Source of the DNA: an uncultured Eubacteriaceae bacterium
GTDB taxonomy: Bacteria > Bacillota > Clostridia > Eubacteriales > UBA1433
Assembly: GCA_964581565.1 (NCBI GenBank)
Contig: CAZOOZ010000009.1
Span: 16,145 to 80,144 of the forward strand
Reading direction: 5' to 3'
DNA: 64,000 nt
Made by a program: the position numbers and the translations under genes. Every line of letters starts with the position of its first letter. Within the stretch, counting starts at the first letter, position 1. Positions 11,591 through 20,878 of this stretch are shown here, piece by piece. Under the pieces are notes generated by a model that saw only the letters and a list, made by a program, of their open reading frames with translations, was not told the origin of the DNA and did no database searches.

Positions 11591-13042
11591 TTATAATTTA
11601 GTGATAACTCCTTTTTTAGGGGCAAATAAAAATATAATAGGCAATATTTCCAGCCTTCCGATGAGCATGCATAAAGATAATATCATTTTACTGAATGAAG
11701 AAAATATAGAGTAATTGCCTACGGGGCCCACCAGTTCAAGACCCGGGCCTATATTGCCTATGGAGGCAATAACCGAAGATATGGTTGTTGTAAAATCGAG
11801 ATTTTCAAACGAAATGATAATCGTAGCAATAATGCCAATTGTAATATAAAGCAAAAGAAAAATCAGAACATTGTTTACCGTAGCGTTATTTATTGAGTGA
11901 TTATCGAGAGAAACGCTTTTTACGATATTTGGATGAGTGATTTTTTTAAGCGAAATACGCATGGATTTAAACATAATAATAATACGGACAACTTTGATTC
12001 CGCCGCCTGTAGATGAAGCACAGCTACCGACTAACATCAAAAGCAATAAAATAGATTTGCTGAAAGTGGGCCAAAGATTAAAATCTGTTGACGAAAAACC
12101 TGTTGTCGTCATAATGGAAGATGCTTGAAAAGATGAATAGCGCAGTGAGACAAGCATATTATTGTCATAATAGCTGAGTGTATTGATTGCAATTAAAATA
12201 ATAGAGATTAGCATAATGCTTATATACACGCGTAATTCTTCGGATTTAAAAGCTTGTGAAATATTTTTTGTAAGTATTGTGAAATAAACAGTAAAATTCA
12301 CGCCAAAAAGAAACATGAACACAGTAATAATTGTTTCAATCGGAACAGAATTATAGGAGCCTATGCTCAAGTTTTTGTTTGAAAAGCCGCCTGTGCCAGC
12401 TGTGCTCATTGCGTGGAGCACAGCATCATATAAACTCATACCTGCGATTTTTAAACAAACCACCTGTAATATGGTGAGTGTTGTATAAATAGTATATAAT
12501 ATCAAAGCCGTTTTTCGCAGGCTGGGTACAAGCTTTGAAGGTGAAGGCCCGGTGCTCTCGGCTTTCATGAGATGTATTCCGCTTCCGCCTATGGATGGCA
12601 AAATAGCAAGCGCCAGCACCAAAACCCCCATACCACCCAGCCAATGCGTCATACTTCGCCAAAAAAGAATGCCTTTCGGCAGAGATTCAATTTCTGTAAG
12701 GATAGAAGCGCCTGTTGTTGTAAAGCCGGATACAGATTCGAAAACACTATTTATGAAGGATGGAATGGCTCCGCTGAAGTAAAACGGTAAGGCTCCTGCG
12801 AGGCACATTATGATCCACGCCAGAGCGACCGCTGTAAATCCATCTTTGACGTAAAATCTTTTTTCTTTAATTTCTTGAATCACAAATGGTAAGCCCAAAA
12901 AAAACATAACAAAAGAGATAATTAAAAAAGGGATAAAATCTGCCTGTTTATTTACGAAAGCTATTATTGTAGAAGGGATCATAAAAATAGCTTCAACACA
13001 CAGCACAAAACCTAAAACTTTTCTTATTGCTCGTATATTCAT
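11591..13042 (-). CDS. trkH: Trk/Ktr-family potassium uptake membrane subunit (TrkH type)
   Basis: 483-aa polytopic protein with repeated glycine selectivity-filter-like motifs (TTTGAS, STAGTGGF, TTTGFS, SSTGGGIKV). Adjacent to trkA. Confidence 0.9.
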   Translation of the reverse strand: MNIRAIRKVLGFVLCVEAIFMIPSTIIAFVNKQADFIPFLIISFVMFFLGLPFVIQEIKEKRFYVKDGFTAVALAWIIMCLAGALPFYFSGAIPSFINSVFESVSGFTTTGASILTEIESLPKGILFWRSMTHWLGGMGVLVLALAILPSIGGSGIHLMKAESTGPSPSKLVPSLRKTALILYTIYTTLTILQVVCLKIAGMSLYDAVLHAMSTAGTGGFSNKNLSIGSYNSVPIETIITVFMFLFGVNFTVYFTILTKNISQAFKSEELRVYISIMLISIILIAINTLSYYDNNMLVSLRYSSFQASSIMTTTGFSSTDFNLWPTFSKSILLLLMLVGSCASSTGGGIKVVRIIIMFKSMRISLKKITHPNIVKSVSLDNHSINNATVNNVLIFLLLYITIGIIATIIISFENLDFTTTISSVIASIGNIGPGLELVGPVGNYSIFSSFSKMILSLCMLIGRLEILPIIFLFAPKKGVITKL

Positions 13043-13060
13043 TAAACAAGTAACTCCATC

Positions 13061-14413
13061 TTATAATATTTCGGTTAAGTTGGTCATATGTGGTTGTGAA
13101 GTTATCACAATAATGCTGTCGTTTAACTTGATATAATCATCTCCTCTTGGAATGATAATTCTATTATCTCTGGCAATAACAGCTATTAAAACATTATCTT
13201 TAATTTTTAGATTTTTTAAAGGAATATTTAAAAAATCATAGTCATGTTCAACGGCGAATTCTAAAGCTTGCATGTTATTCTCATTCATCATATAAAGCTG
13301 ATTAATGGAAGGATCTTCTTTCATTTTGAAATTCCTTGCATAACGTAGAATATGGTTCGCAGTAATGAGCTTGGGGCTGATAATGCTGTCAATACCGATT
13401 TCTTCAATGATATCCAATCCTTTTATTCGTGTAACCTTTGCTATCGTTTTTTCAGCACCTGATTTTTTTGCAATAAGAGAAGAGATGATGTTGGCTTCAT
13501 CATGCCCCATTAAAGCAATGAATGCACCGGAGGATCTCATATCTTCAAATTCTAAAAAATCATAATCAGTGCCATCGCCGTTAATGATCATAGCATCTGG
13601 GAAAAGCTGGCTTAATTTAACACATTTTTCAGGATTCTGCTCTATTATTTTTACTTTTATTTTTGTTTGCAGAAGTATTTGTGTCAAATAAATCGATATT
13701 CGTCCACCTCCGATGATCATCACATCTTTGAGTCTGTTATAGTGTTTGTTTTTCTGCTGCAAAAATGTATTGACCGAATTGGCCTCGCCGATAATAAAAA
13801 TATAATCGTCTTTTTTAAACGTAAAATCTCCTTTTGGAATCAAGGTTTGATTTTCACGTTCAATTGCGGCGACCAGAATGCTCGCTTCATTAAAATCAGT
13901 TATTTTATTTAATGATCTGCCGATTAGAGGAGATTTATCATCTATTTTATATTTGGTGAGAATGACTCTGTTATCTGCAAAAAGTTCAATATTTGACACA
14001 TTCGGCCATAGAAGTAATCTGGATATATGCACTGCGGCAGCATATTCCGGGTTAATAGTTTGGTCAAGACCAAGTTCTTCCATAAGTGCATTCACTTCTT
14101 TGGAGTGCTCCGGGTCCCGGATACGTGCGATGGTATACTTAGCGCCCATGCGTTTGGCATATAAGCAGCATATCATGTTAATTTCATCTTGATTTGTAAC
14201 AGCGATAACTAAGTCGGAATGCATTACATCAGCCTCATGCAAAGTTTTTATATTGAGTCCGCTGCCCTCAACAAAGATAACTTCTAAATCTTCACTGTTT
14301 TGATTTAAAACATTTTCATTTTTATCTATAATTGTGACATCATTTCCTTCTTTAGATAAAACCTTTGCAAGTGTGCTGCCTACTTTACCATCTCCAATAA
14401 TAATGATATTCAT
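13061..14413 (-). CDS. trkA: Trk system NAD-binding subunit TrkA (two tandem RCK units)
   Basis: Start refined to MNIIIIGDGKVG (RBS AGGAG). The ORF track extends to 14470. A second Rossmann motif VMIIGGGRISIYL occurs mid-protein. Confidence 0.9.
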   Translation of the reverse strand: MNIIIIGDGKVGSTLAKVLSKEGNDVTIIDKNENVLNQNSEDLEVIFVEGSGLNIKTLHEADVMHSDLVIAVTNQDEINMICCLYAKRMGAKYTIARIRDPEHSKEVNALMEELGLDQTINPEYAAAVHISRLLLWPNVSNIELFADNRVILTKYKIDDKSPLIGRSLNKITDFNEASILVAAIERENQTLIPKGDFTFKKDDYIFIIGEANSVNTFLQQKNKHYNRLKDVMIIGGGRISIYLTQILLQTKIKVKIIEQNPEKCVKLSQLFPDAMIINGDGTDYDFLEFEDMRSSGAFIALMGHDEANIISSLIAKKSGAEKTIAKVTRIKGLDIIEEIGIDSIISPKLITANHILRYARNFKMKEDPSINQLYMMNENNMQALEFAVEHDYDFLNIPLKNLKIKDNVLIAVIARDNRIIIPRGDDYIKLNDSIIVITSQPHMTNLTEIL

Positions 14414-14606
14414 ATATACTCCTACGTGTAAATAGTAATTGACAAACAAAATCCAGTGGCAAAATTGCACTAAATATAATTATTATATAATTTTTTTATT
14501 AAAAATCCATATATAATAGGCATATTTTATAATTTGTTCTTTGAAATTACATATGTCATGTAGTAAAATATATAATGTGATAAACATTTTTTAAGGGGAT
14601 TTTTAT

Positions 14607-15896
14607 ATGCCAAAATATGCATCTATAACCGATAATCTTCAAGGCGCATGTATTAATGCTTCATTGATTGAACAAAAAGGGATCAGCAGTTGCGTAGCGT
14701 TTTCCAATGCCCAATTTACAAATAATACATTAGATAATTTTGATGTGGTCGTATGTGCCACGAACAGCAGATTGCAAGATGATGCGGAAGCTTACAATAC
14801 TATCTATAACAAAACAGTAGGATTGCTTAATAATAACATTATACCTGTTTCAAAGCGTGTAGATTATATGTTAGAGGGAAATGTAACGGTAGAATGTGAA
14901 GCGATGTTAGATGCAATGGGGGAAGCATGTGTTGGAATTGTTGTAGCGGCAAGTCCGAAAAATCATATTACAGTGATCGGCGGTCAGATATTTAAAAATG
15001 GAACAAGTATGAAATATAAACCTGATGATATTGAAGCCGGTGGAATCTATATCTCGGAATATTTTACATCAGATATACTTATTTCTCAAAATATATATAT
15101 CAACAGTGTTCGAAAAGGAACAGAAGAATTAGGGGAAAATATTAAACAAATCATCGATAACGGTGCAAATGTCATTATTTTTGATGCACAGAGCCAGCAA
15201 GATATTGAAACTATTGCACAAGCAATAATAAATTTAAAAATTAAATTTATTTGTATGGATGGCGGAGAATTAACGACTTGTGTAATCGGCAAATTAACTA
15301 CGGTATCAAAATCAAAAATTTTAACTGTTGTTGGCAGTGTTACAGATCTAACTTATGAACAAACAAATAAACTATTTCAGCGAAGCGACGTTTGTTGTCT
15401 GTATATTAATACAAAAAAACTTATTATTGATGTTCAGATGCGAAAAGAAGAAATAAAACGTTGTGTTCAAAGCATACAAACAATCGCAAATAGTAAAAAA
15501 TATGCAGAATATACCACTTATGCCTTGATTACAGACGGAGTCATAAAAGAAAAAAGAATTAAATTTCCTAAAAACAGTAAAATCAAAGAAGATGTTTTGG
15601 GATTAATCAATTCTTCAATAGCGGAAATTGCATATATACTTTTATCGTATAATCAATCTTTTAAAGGTATTTTTTCAACAGGAGAAGAAACGGCAATAGC
15701 GCTTTTAGAGAAATTTAATGCTGTTGGAATGGCTGCTTTTGATGAAATAATACCTAGCGTAGCCCACTGCAAAGTTATAGGCGGTGAATTTGATAAGATT
15801 CATTTTGTTATGAAAAATGGGCATAACGGTGAGGAAGACAGCATCTTAAAATGTATTGACTATTTAAATAAAAGGATAGCTGAGGATGTATATTAA
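14607..15896 (+). CDS. DUF1537-like (four-carbon acid-sugar kinase family) protein, highly divergent
   Basis: 429 aa with the two-domain layout and length of DUF1537. It overlaps the PdxA-like gene by 11 nt. Recognisable remnants are VCATNSR, STGEETA and VMKNGHNGEED. Several motifs I recall as conserved are substituted (see findings). Confidence 0.6.
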   Translation: MPKYASITDNLQGACINASLIEQKGISSCVAFSNAQFTNNTLDNFDVVVCATNSRLQDDAEAYNTIYNKTVGLLNNNIIPVSKRVDYMLEGNVTVECEAMLDAMGEACVGIVVAASPKNHITVIGGQIFKNGTSMKYKPDDIEAGGIYISEYFTSDILISQNIYINSVRKGTEELGENIKQIIDNGANVIIFDAQSQQDIETIAQAIINLKIKFICMDGGELTTCVIGKLTTVSKSKILTVVGSVTDLTYEQTNKLFQRSDVCCLYINTKKLIIDVQMRKEEIKRCVQSIQTIANSKKYAEYTTYALITDGVIKEKRIKFPKNSKIKEDVLGLINSSIAEIAYILLSYNQSFKGIFSTGEETAIALLEKFNAVGMAAFDEIIPSVAHCKVIGGEFDKIHFVMKNGHNGEEDSILKCIDYLNKRIAEDVY

Positions 15897-16890
15897 TAAG
15901 CGCCCTGTTATAGGCGTAACAATCGGTGATCCAGCGGGGATAGGGCCCGAAATAGTGTTAAAAGCTCTGCTGGGAAGCAACATAGACAGCCTTGCGGATA
16001 TTGTTGTTATCGGAGATAAAACAGTGTTGCAATGCATTATAGATTTATACCATTTAAATATTGAAATTAACTGTATTGCACAACCTTCAGAAGGAGAATA
16101 TAAAAAGCATATCCTGAACTTAATTGATTTAGAGAATATTCCGGATGATTTTGCTTTTGGAAAAGTGGATCCCTTCTGTGGAAGAGCGGCATATGAATAT
16201 ATCAAAAAATCGGTTGATTTAGCTCAAAAAGGGCAAATAGACAGCATAGCTACGGCGCCAGTCAATAAAGAAGCTTTGAACAAAAGCGGTATCGACTACG
16301 TAGGCCAAACGGAAATTTTCGGAGCACTGACAAAGGTGAGTAATCCTTTAACGATGTTTGATACAGATGGACTTAAAATATTTTTTTTATCAAGCCATAT
16401 GTCAATTAAGCAGGCAATTAATACCATTAGCGTTAAGAATATAGTATCCGGGGTAAAAGAATGCATACCCGTGCTTGAACAATATGGCCGTGAAAATCCA
16501 ATACTCGCTATAGCCGGATTAAATCCGCATAGCGGCGAGAACGGATTATTCGGTGATGAAGAATTAAGATACATAATTCCGGCAGTTGGAATACTCAGAG
16601 CAGAAGGTTATAGTGTTACCGGCCCAATACCTTCAGATGCGGTTTTCCATCTGGCTCATTGTGGCAGATATGATGCAGTGCTTGCACTATATCATGACCA
16701 AGGTCGTATTGCAGCAAAAACGTTGAATTTCGAGCATACAGTTGCGATTACAAATAAATTACCGTTTTTACGGACATCTGTCGATCATGGGACAGCAATG
16801 GAAATCGCTGCGAAAGATATAGCGAGCAGCATGAATATGCAAGCCGCCATTTTAAAAGCAATTGAATACACGCCTTATTACAATAAATAA
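15886..16890 (+). CDS. PdxA-family NAD(P)-dependent 4-phospho-hydroxyacid dehydrogenase (PdxA2-like)
   Basis: IGVTIGDPAGIGPEI, GLNPHSGENG, ALYHDQG and RTSVDHGTA motifs are all intact. RBS GCTGAGG lies inside the upstream gene. Confidence 0.9.
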   Translation: MYINKRPVIGVTIGDPAGIGPEIVLKALLGSNIDSLADIVVIGDKTVLQCIIDLYHLNIEINCIAQPSEGEYKKHILNLIDLENIPDDFAFGKVDPFCGRAAYEYIKKSVDLAQKGQIDSIATAPVNKEALNKSGIDYVGQTEIFGALTKVSNPLTMFDTDGLKIFFLSSHMSIKQAINTISVKNIVSGVKECIPVLEQYGRENPILAIAGLNPHSGENGLFGDEELRYIIPAVGILRAEGYSVTGPIPSDAVFHLAHCGRYDAVLALYHDQGRIAAKTLNFEHTVAITNKLPFLRTSVDHGTAMEIAAKDIASSMNMQAAILKAIEYTPYYNK

Positions 16891-16891
16891 G

Positions 16892-17488
16892 TTATTTATA
16901 GAAATCGATCGTTTCAAGTAAATCATATATTTCATATAAATTTTCATTATTAAACGAAGTAGCAATAATGAGATAAGTTTTCTCATTATAGTTGACCGCA
17001 TAATAATCCTGAAGTACAATGAGAGAGTTTATTTCTGCTGAAATATAACGGCTCTGCCAATCCAACGAACCAATGGGAGACAACTCATTTCCGCCGTCAT
17101 ATGTAAAATTACCTGTTTCTACTAATTCTTTTGATGTTGAATCTACCAAGTCACTTGGATCCAACAAAGTATTACTATAAAGGATAATAATACTGGGATT
17201 CGGGACATTGTTTTTTTGGGCATAATTTTCTCTGTATTTTAATGCAGTAAATATAATATGAAAATCATTTGATGAAGTTGAATTATAATGAACATCATTT
17301 TGGTAATAAAGATTCATTTGGTGTTTTGTAAGGTAAATCCAGTCATTTGTAAGCATAACAGTAAAACAATGTTTTTTATTTGTATATAATTCTCTGTTTG
17401 ATATATGTAAAAATATGGAGATCAATATTATAAAAAAAATGATTAAAATAAAAAAAATAATTTTTCTATATTGATAAATTTTTTTCAA
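16892..17488 (-). CDS. Hypothetical membrane-anchored protein
   Basis: 198 aa with an N-terminal Lys-rich segment plus TM anchor (IIFFILIIFFIILISIFL) and a soluble domain. I recognise no family. Its stop lies 1 nt from the pdxA-like stop. Confidence 0.7.
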   Translation of the reverse strand: MKKIYQYRKIIFFILIIFFIILISIFLHISNRELYTNKKHCFTVMLTNDWIYLTKHQMNLYYQNDVHYNSTSSNDFHIIFTALKYRENYAQKNNVPNPSIIILYSNTLLDPSDLVDSTSKELVETGNFTYDGGNELSPIGSLDWQSRYISAEINSLIVLQDYYAVNYNEKTYLIIATSFNNENLYEIYDLLETIDFYK

Positions 17489-17551
17489 ATGCCGTCACCT
17501 CAATAAGAATCATATCAACAGAGGAATAAAAAAATTATCATTTTATGTATA

Positions 17552-17577
17552 TAAAAAAGATTGCCAATAAGGCAATC
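17552..17577 (-). terminator. Rho-independent terminator after the nfeD-SPFH operon
   Basis: The minus strand reads GATTGCC-ttatt-GGCAATC followed by TTTTTT, 25 nt downstream of the SPFH stop. Confidence 0.8.
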
Positions 17578-17601
17578 CTTTTAAAATTAAACTGGTTTTG
17601 A

Positions 17602-18486
17602 TTATTTATCTTTCATAATTTCAGTAATCGTGCTTGCAAGGCCTGCAATAGATTGCATTTCTGAGGGGATAATAATTTTAGTGGCATTTCCGTTCGCAAT
17701 ATCTTTCATTGCTTCAATACTTTTAATCGTCAGTACTTCTTTGGTCGGATTAACTTCCTTGATACGCTTTAACCCTTCCGCGATTGCAGTCTGTACTTTT
17801 AAAATAGCTTCTGCTTCACCTTCGGCTTCTCTAATTTGTGCTTCTTTTTTTGCTTCGGCTCTTAGAATGGTCGATTGTTTTTCGCCTTCGGCCATGAGTA
17901 TGGCTGAGCGCTTTTCACCTTCGGCTCTTAGAATGCTTTCGCGTCTTTCGCGTTCTGCACGCATTTGTTTTTCCATTGCATTTTGAATATCAGGTGGCGG
18001 CATAATATTTTTAACTTCTACTCTGATAACTCTAATACCCCACGGGTCAGTAGCTTCGTCCAGTATGGAACGCATTTTAGCATTGATATTATCCCTGCTT
18101 GTAAGTGTCTCATCTAATTCCATATCCCCGATGATATTTCGCAGTGTTGTCGCGGTTAAGTTCTCTATTGCGCTCATCGGTCGTTCGACACCATAGGTAT
18201 ATAGACGCGGATCGGTGATCTGGTAATATACAACCGTATCTATTTGCATTGTTACATTATCTTTGGTTATTACAGGTTGAGGGGGGTAATCTATAACCTT
18301 TTCTTTTAGAGATACTTTGCTTGCTACTCTGTCAATAAAAGGAATTTTAACATGAAGACCAACATTCCAGGTTGTAATATAGGCGCCTAATCTTTCGATT
18401 ACATATGCATTCGCTTGCGGAACAATTCTTATATTTGGTATTATCAATATAAATATAATAACGGCAATGATGATTATTGCTGACAT
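17602..18486 (-). CDS. SPFH/band-7 (stomatin/prohibitin-like) membrane protein
   Basis: N-terminal TM, an SPFH core (RIVPQANAYVIERLG..), and a C-terminal Ala/Glu-rich repeat (RAEGEKRSAIL/MAEGEKQSTIL). Confidence 0.92.
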   Translation of the reverse strand: MSAIIIIAVIIFILIIPNIRIVPQANAYVIERLGAYITTWNVGLHVKIPFIDRVASKVSLKEKVIDYPPQPVITKDNVTMQIDTVVYYQITDPRLYTYGVERPMSAIENLTATTLRNIIGDMELDETLTSRDNINAKMRSILDEATDPWGIRVIRVEVKNIMPPPDIQNAMEKQMRAERERRESILRAEGEKRSAILMAEGEKQSTILRAEAKKEAQIREAEGEAEAILKVQTAIAEGLKRIKEVNPTKEVLTIKSIEAMKDIANGNATKIIIPSEMQSIAGLASTITEIMKDK

Positions 18487-18941
18487 GAGCTATCCTCCTT
18501 GTTTATTTTTTTAACGATGAGTTTTACTCCTTCAATCTTCATAATGAGTACTTCTTCATCAATATTTAGATTTTCTTGATCATTTATACTCATAGCTGTC
18601 CATATTTGACCTTTTACTTTCACTTGACCGGCGTTAAACGGAGTTATAGATTTTGTTACAATGCCGATTTGATTAATAAGGCTGTCTGCATTTGTGGATA
18701 TCTTCTTCGTATCTATATACCTTTTTACTAAAGGTCGTGTAAAAATTAATAAAAGAAGAGAGCTTACGATAAAGACCAGTATTTGTATCCAAACAGGTAA
18801 ATGTATTAGCTGACAAATTAAAGCAAGCAATGCACCTGCCATAAACCAAATCGTTACAATACCTGTTGTAAGGGCTTCGATTACGCCCATTAGTATGATA
18901 ATTGTGATCCAGACAAATAGCCAAGCTGATGGTTCGTTCAA
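18474..18941 (-). CDS. NfeD-family membrane protein (partner of the SPFH protein)
   Basis: Several TM helices plus a C-terminal OB-like soluble domain (GQVKVKGQIWTA). 13-nt overlap with the downstream SPFH gene, which is the classical nfeD-SPFH operon arrangement. Confidence 0.85.
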   Translation of the reverse strand: MNEPSAWLFVWITIIILMGVIEALTTGIVTIWFMAGALLALICQLIHLPVWIQILVFIVSSLLLLIFTRPLVKRYIDTKKISTNADSLINQIGIVTKSITPFNAGQVKVKGQIWTAMSINDQENLNIDEEVLIMKIEGVKLIVKKINKEDSSCQQ

Positions 18942-19156
18942 AATATTACCTCCTTTGAAGATATATTTGATAGTTTTTGCTGATATAAGTATGAATGTAA
19001 TATTTTGTGAAATTAAACGGGTTTTTATTAAGCTGCATTATATCAATTAATGATACTGATATAATTTATAAAATATATCTTAACACCATTTTTATATATA
19101 TTATACTATAAGAATATAGCGTTTGCATTATAAAATATATTTATGATATTTGCTTT

Positions 19157-19375
19157 TTATTGTTTTTGATATAAATCGGAGAATATATTATTAAATTGCA
19201 GCTCTTTATCTGCGAAATGAATACTTATCGTATCTTTACTAATACGAATGCCTAAAAAAGTATCATATTGCGAATTCAAGAACTTAGTGTTGGCGCGTGA
19301 TATAGTATTTAAAGCGCAAACAGAAAGAGTCATTATTATTAAAATGCTCAGGATAATAAAAAATCTGTTTCTCAT
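19157..19375 (-). CDS. Hypothetical small exported protein
   Basis: 72 aa with a signal-peptide-like N-terminus (MRNRFFIILSILIIMTLSVCA). It starts 8 nt downstream of the spoIIP stop. Confidence 0.5.
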   Translation of the reverse strand: MRNRFFIILSILIIMTLSVCALNTISRANTKFLNSQYDTFLGIRISKDTISIHFADKELQFNNIFSDLYQKQ

Positions 19376-19383
19376 ATTCTTAA

Positions 19384-20367
19384 CTAATTCTTATTTTTCA
19401 TGTCTTGATAAATCACTTCTGCCATTGTTCGTGCGAGATATTCCGCGCTTACTCTGGCCTCTTCAAAAGTAGATAAATTACTTCCAATTTCAAACAAAAG
19501 TGCATTGGGGCAGGTAAATTGATTAAACCTACTCGTTTCCCTATAAACTATGTTTAGCATAATACCCGGATATAATTTATCCATCGTACTTTTAAAAGTT
19601 TTTGCAAAATTTACATTTTTATTACTATTTTCATGATTAAGGCCAACAACAATCATGATTTTTGTACATGATGTTCCGTTTATCGTTGCCTTGTATTTTT
19701 TTTGTGCAGTTTCGGTGTCATTAAGACCATCTCTATGAAGATCGAAAACATACTCAATAGAAGGATATTTTGCCATATATTTATTAATATTTTTCAAGGA
19801 ATTATTATAAGAATCGTTGTAACTCGGATAATCATGCAGTGCTGTGTCATGAACTGTCTTTATTCCGTAATCTTTTTCTAATATCTGACATACAATATCT
19901 CCTATTGCCACCATATTGGTTGTTTTGTCTTTTGAACGTGCGTTTGAAGAATACACAATGGGAGTGTTGTCTGTAGCAGTATAGCTTTCAGTAGCATGTG
20001 TGTGATAAATTAACACAACAGGGTCATCGGGCATATCTATATCCTCTATTTCTGTGTTTAACGGCTTGGAAGTGACTGGTGTATAGGCAAAGGAGGTATT
20101 TTCTTCGTCGTCATCATTATTACTTGCTATTGAAAACGGTATGCTATCTGAGGTAAATACTTTAGAAATATTTGAATAATATTCTTCATTTTCGCTTTCG
20201 TTTATTGTAGAAGCTGAGCATTTATTCACAATCCGTATCAGATAACTTTGTAACAGAGAATTTTTTTCATCATCGCTTGCATTTTTGAAGCCTTGTACAA
20301 AGATGGTTTGAATAAGCAGAAAAGCAAATAAAAATGTCATGGTAATGATAAAATTCTTTTTATTCAT
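19384..20367 (-). CDS. spoIIP: Stage II sporulation protein P (SpoIIP)
   Basis: VLIYHTHATESY and DLHRDG motifs and an N-terminal TM anchor. Start refined to MNKKNFIITM. The ORF track extends to 20451. Confidence 0.85.
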   Translation of the reverse strand: MNKKNFIITMTFLFAFLLIQTIFVQGFKNASDDEKNSLLQSYLIRIVNKCSASTINESENEEYYSNISKVFTSDSIPFSIASNNDDDEENTSFAYTPVTSKPLNTEIEDIDMPDDPVVLIYHTHATESYTATDNTPIVYSSNARSKDKTTNMVAIGDIVCQILEKDYGIKTVHDTALHDYPSYNDSYNNSLKNINKYMAKYPSIEYVFDLHRDGLNDTETAQKKYKATINGTSCTKIMIVVGLNHENSNKNVNFAKTFKSTMDKLYPGIMLNIVYRETSRFNQFTCPNALLFEIGSNLSTFEEARVSAEYLARTMAEVIYQDMKNKN

Positions 20368-20539
20368 AACAAGCAATAATACCTCAATTAAAATATTAAT
20401 ATTAATGTATATGAACCATAAAAAATTATGATGACTGATATATATTGCCAAAATTTCTCTTGCAATTTACTTCATTGTCTGTTAATATACTTGTGCATTA
20501 ATTTTATGAAAGAATTGAACGATCAAGGGGGTGAAGGAA

Positions 20540-20803
20540 ATGGCTAATATTAAATCATCTGCTAAGAGAGCCGAGATTGGCGAAAGAAATAGAGTAAAAA
20601 ATAAAAGCGTTAAAACAGGGCTGAAAACAATAGAAAAAAAATTTAATGCTGCTTTAGAAGGTGATGATAAAACATTATCATCGCAGATATTCACAGAAGC
20701 TGTCAAATGTTTTGATACAGCTGTAACCAAAGGTGTTATTCATAAAAATGCAGCTAATAGAAAAAAAAGCGCTATGCAAAAGAAACTGAACGCGGTAATG
20801 TAA
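20540..20803 (+). CDS. rpsT: 30S ribosomal protein S20
   Basis: MANIKSSAKRAEI N-terminus with RBS AAGGGGGTGA. The ORF track begins 9 nt earlier, at a GTG inside the RBS. Confidence 0.95.
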   Translation: MANIKSSAKRAEIGERNRVKNKSVKTGLKTIEKKFNAALEGDDKTLSSQIFTEAVKCFDTAVTKGVIHKNAANRKKSAMQKKLNAVM

Positions 20804-20832
20804 TTTTAGAGTTCATTATTAAAATTAAAATA

Positions 20833-20867
20833 GCCGTTTCGTATCAACGAAACGGCATTTTGTATTT
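20833..20867. terminator. Bidirectional terminator between convergent rpsT and gltS
   Basis: GCCGTTTCG-tatcaa-CGAAACGGC perfect 9-bp stem, followed by aTTTTgTATTT. Confidence 0.85.
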
Positions 20868-20878
20868 CTGAGAATTTT

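Noticed and set aside
15886-16890. Calling this gene pdxA (vitamin B6 biosynthesis)
   Set aside because: No pdxJ or other DXP-route gene is nearby, and Firmicutes generally use PdxST. Coupling to a DUF1537-like gene points to the PdxA2/acid-sugar subfamily, so I left the gene symbol blank.
17630-17986. 118-aa plus-strand ORF inside the SPFH gene
   Set aside because: It is the antisense shadow of the Ala/Glu repeat region. The same reasoning applies to 8673..8975 (Pro-rich, antisense to the DnaJ G/F region) and 2079..2330 (antisense to lepA).
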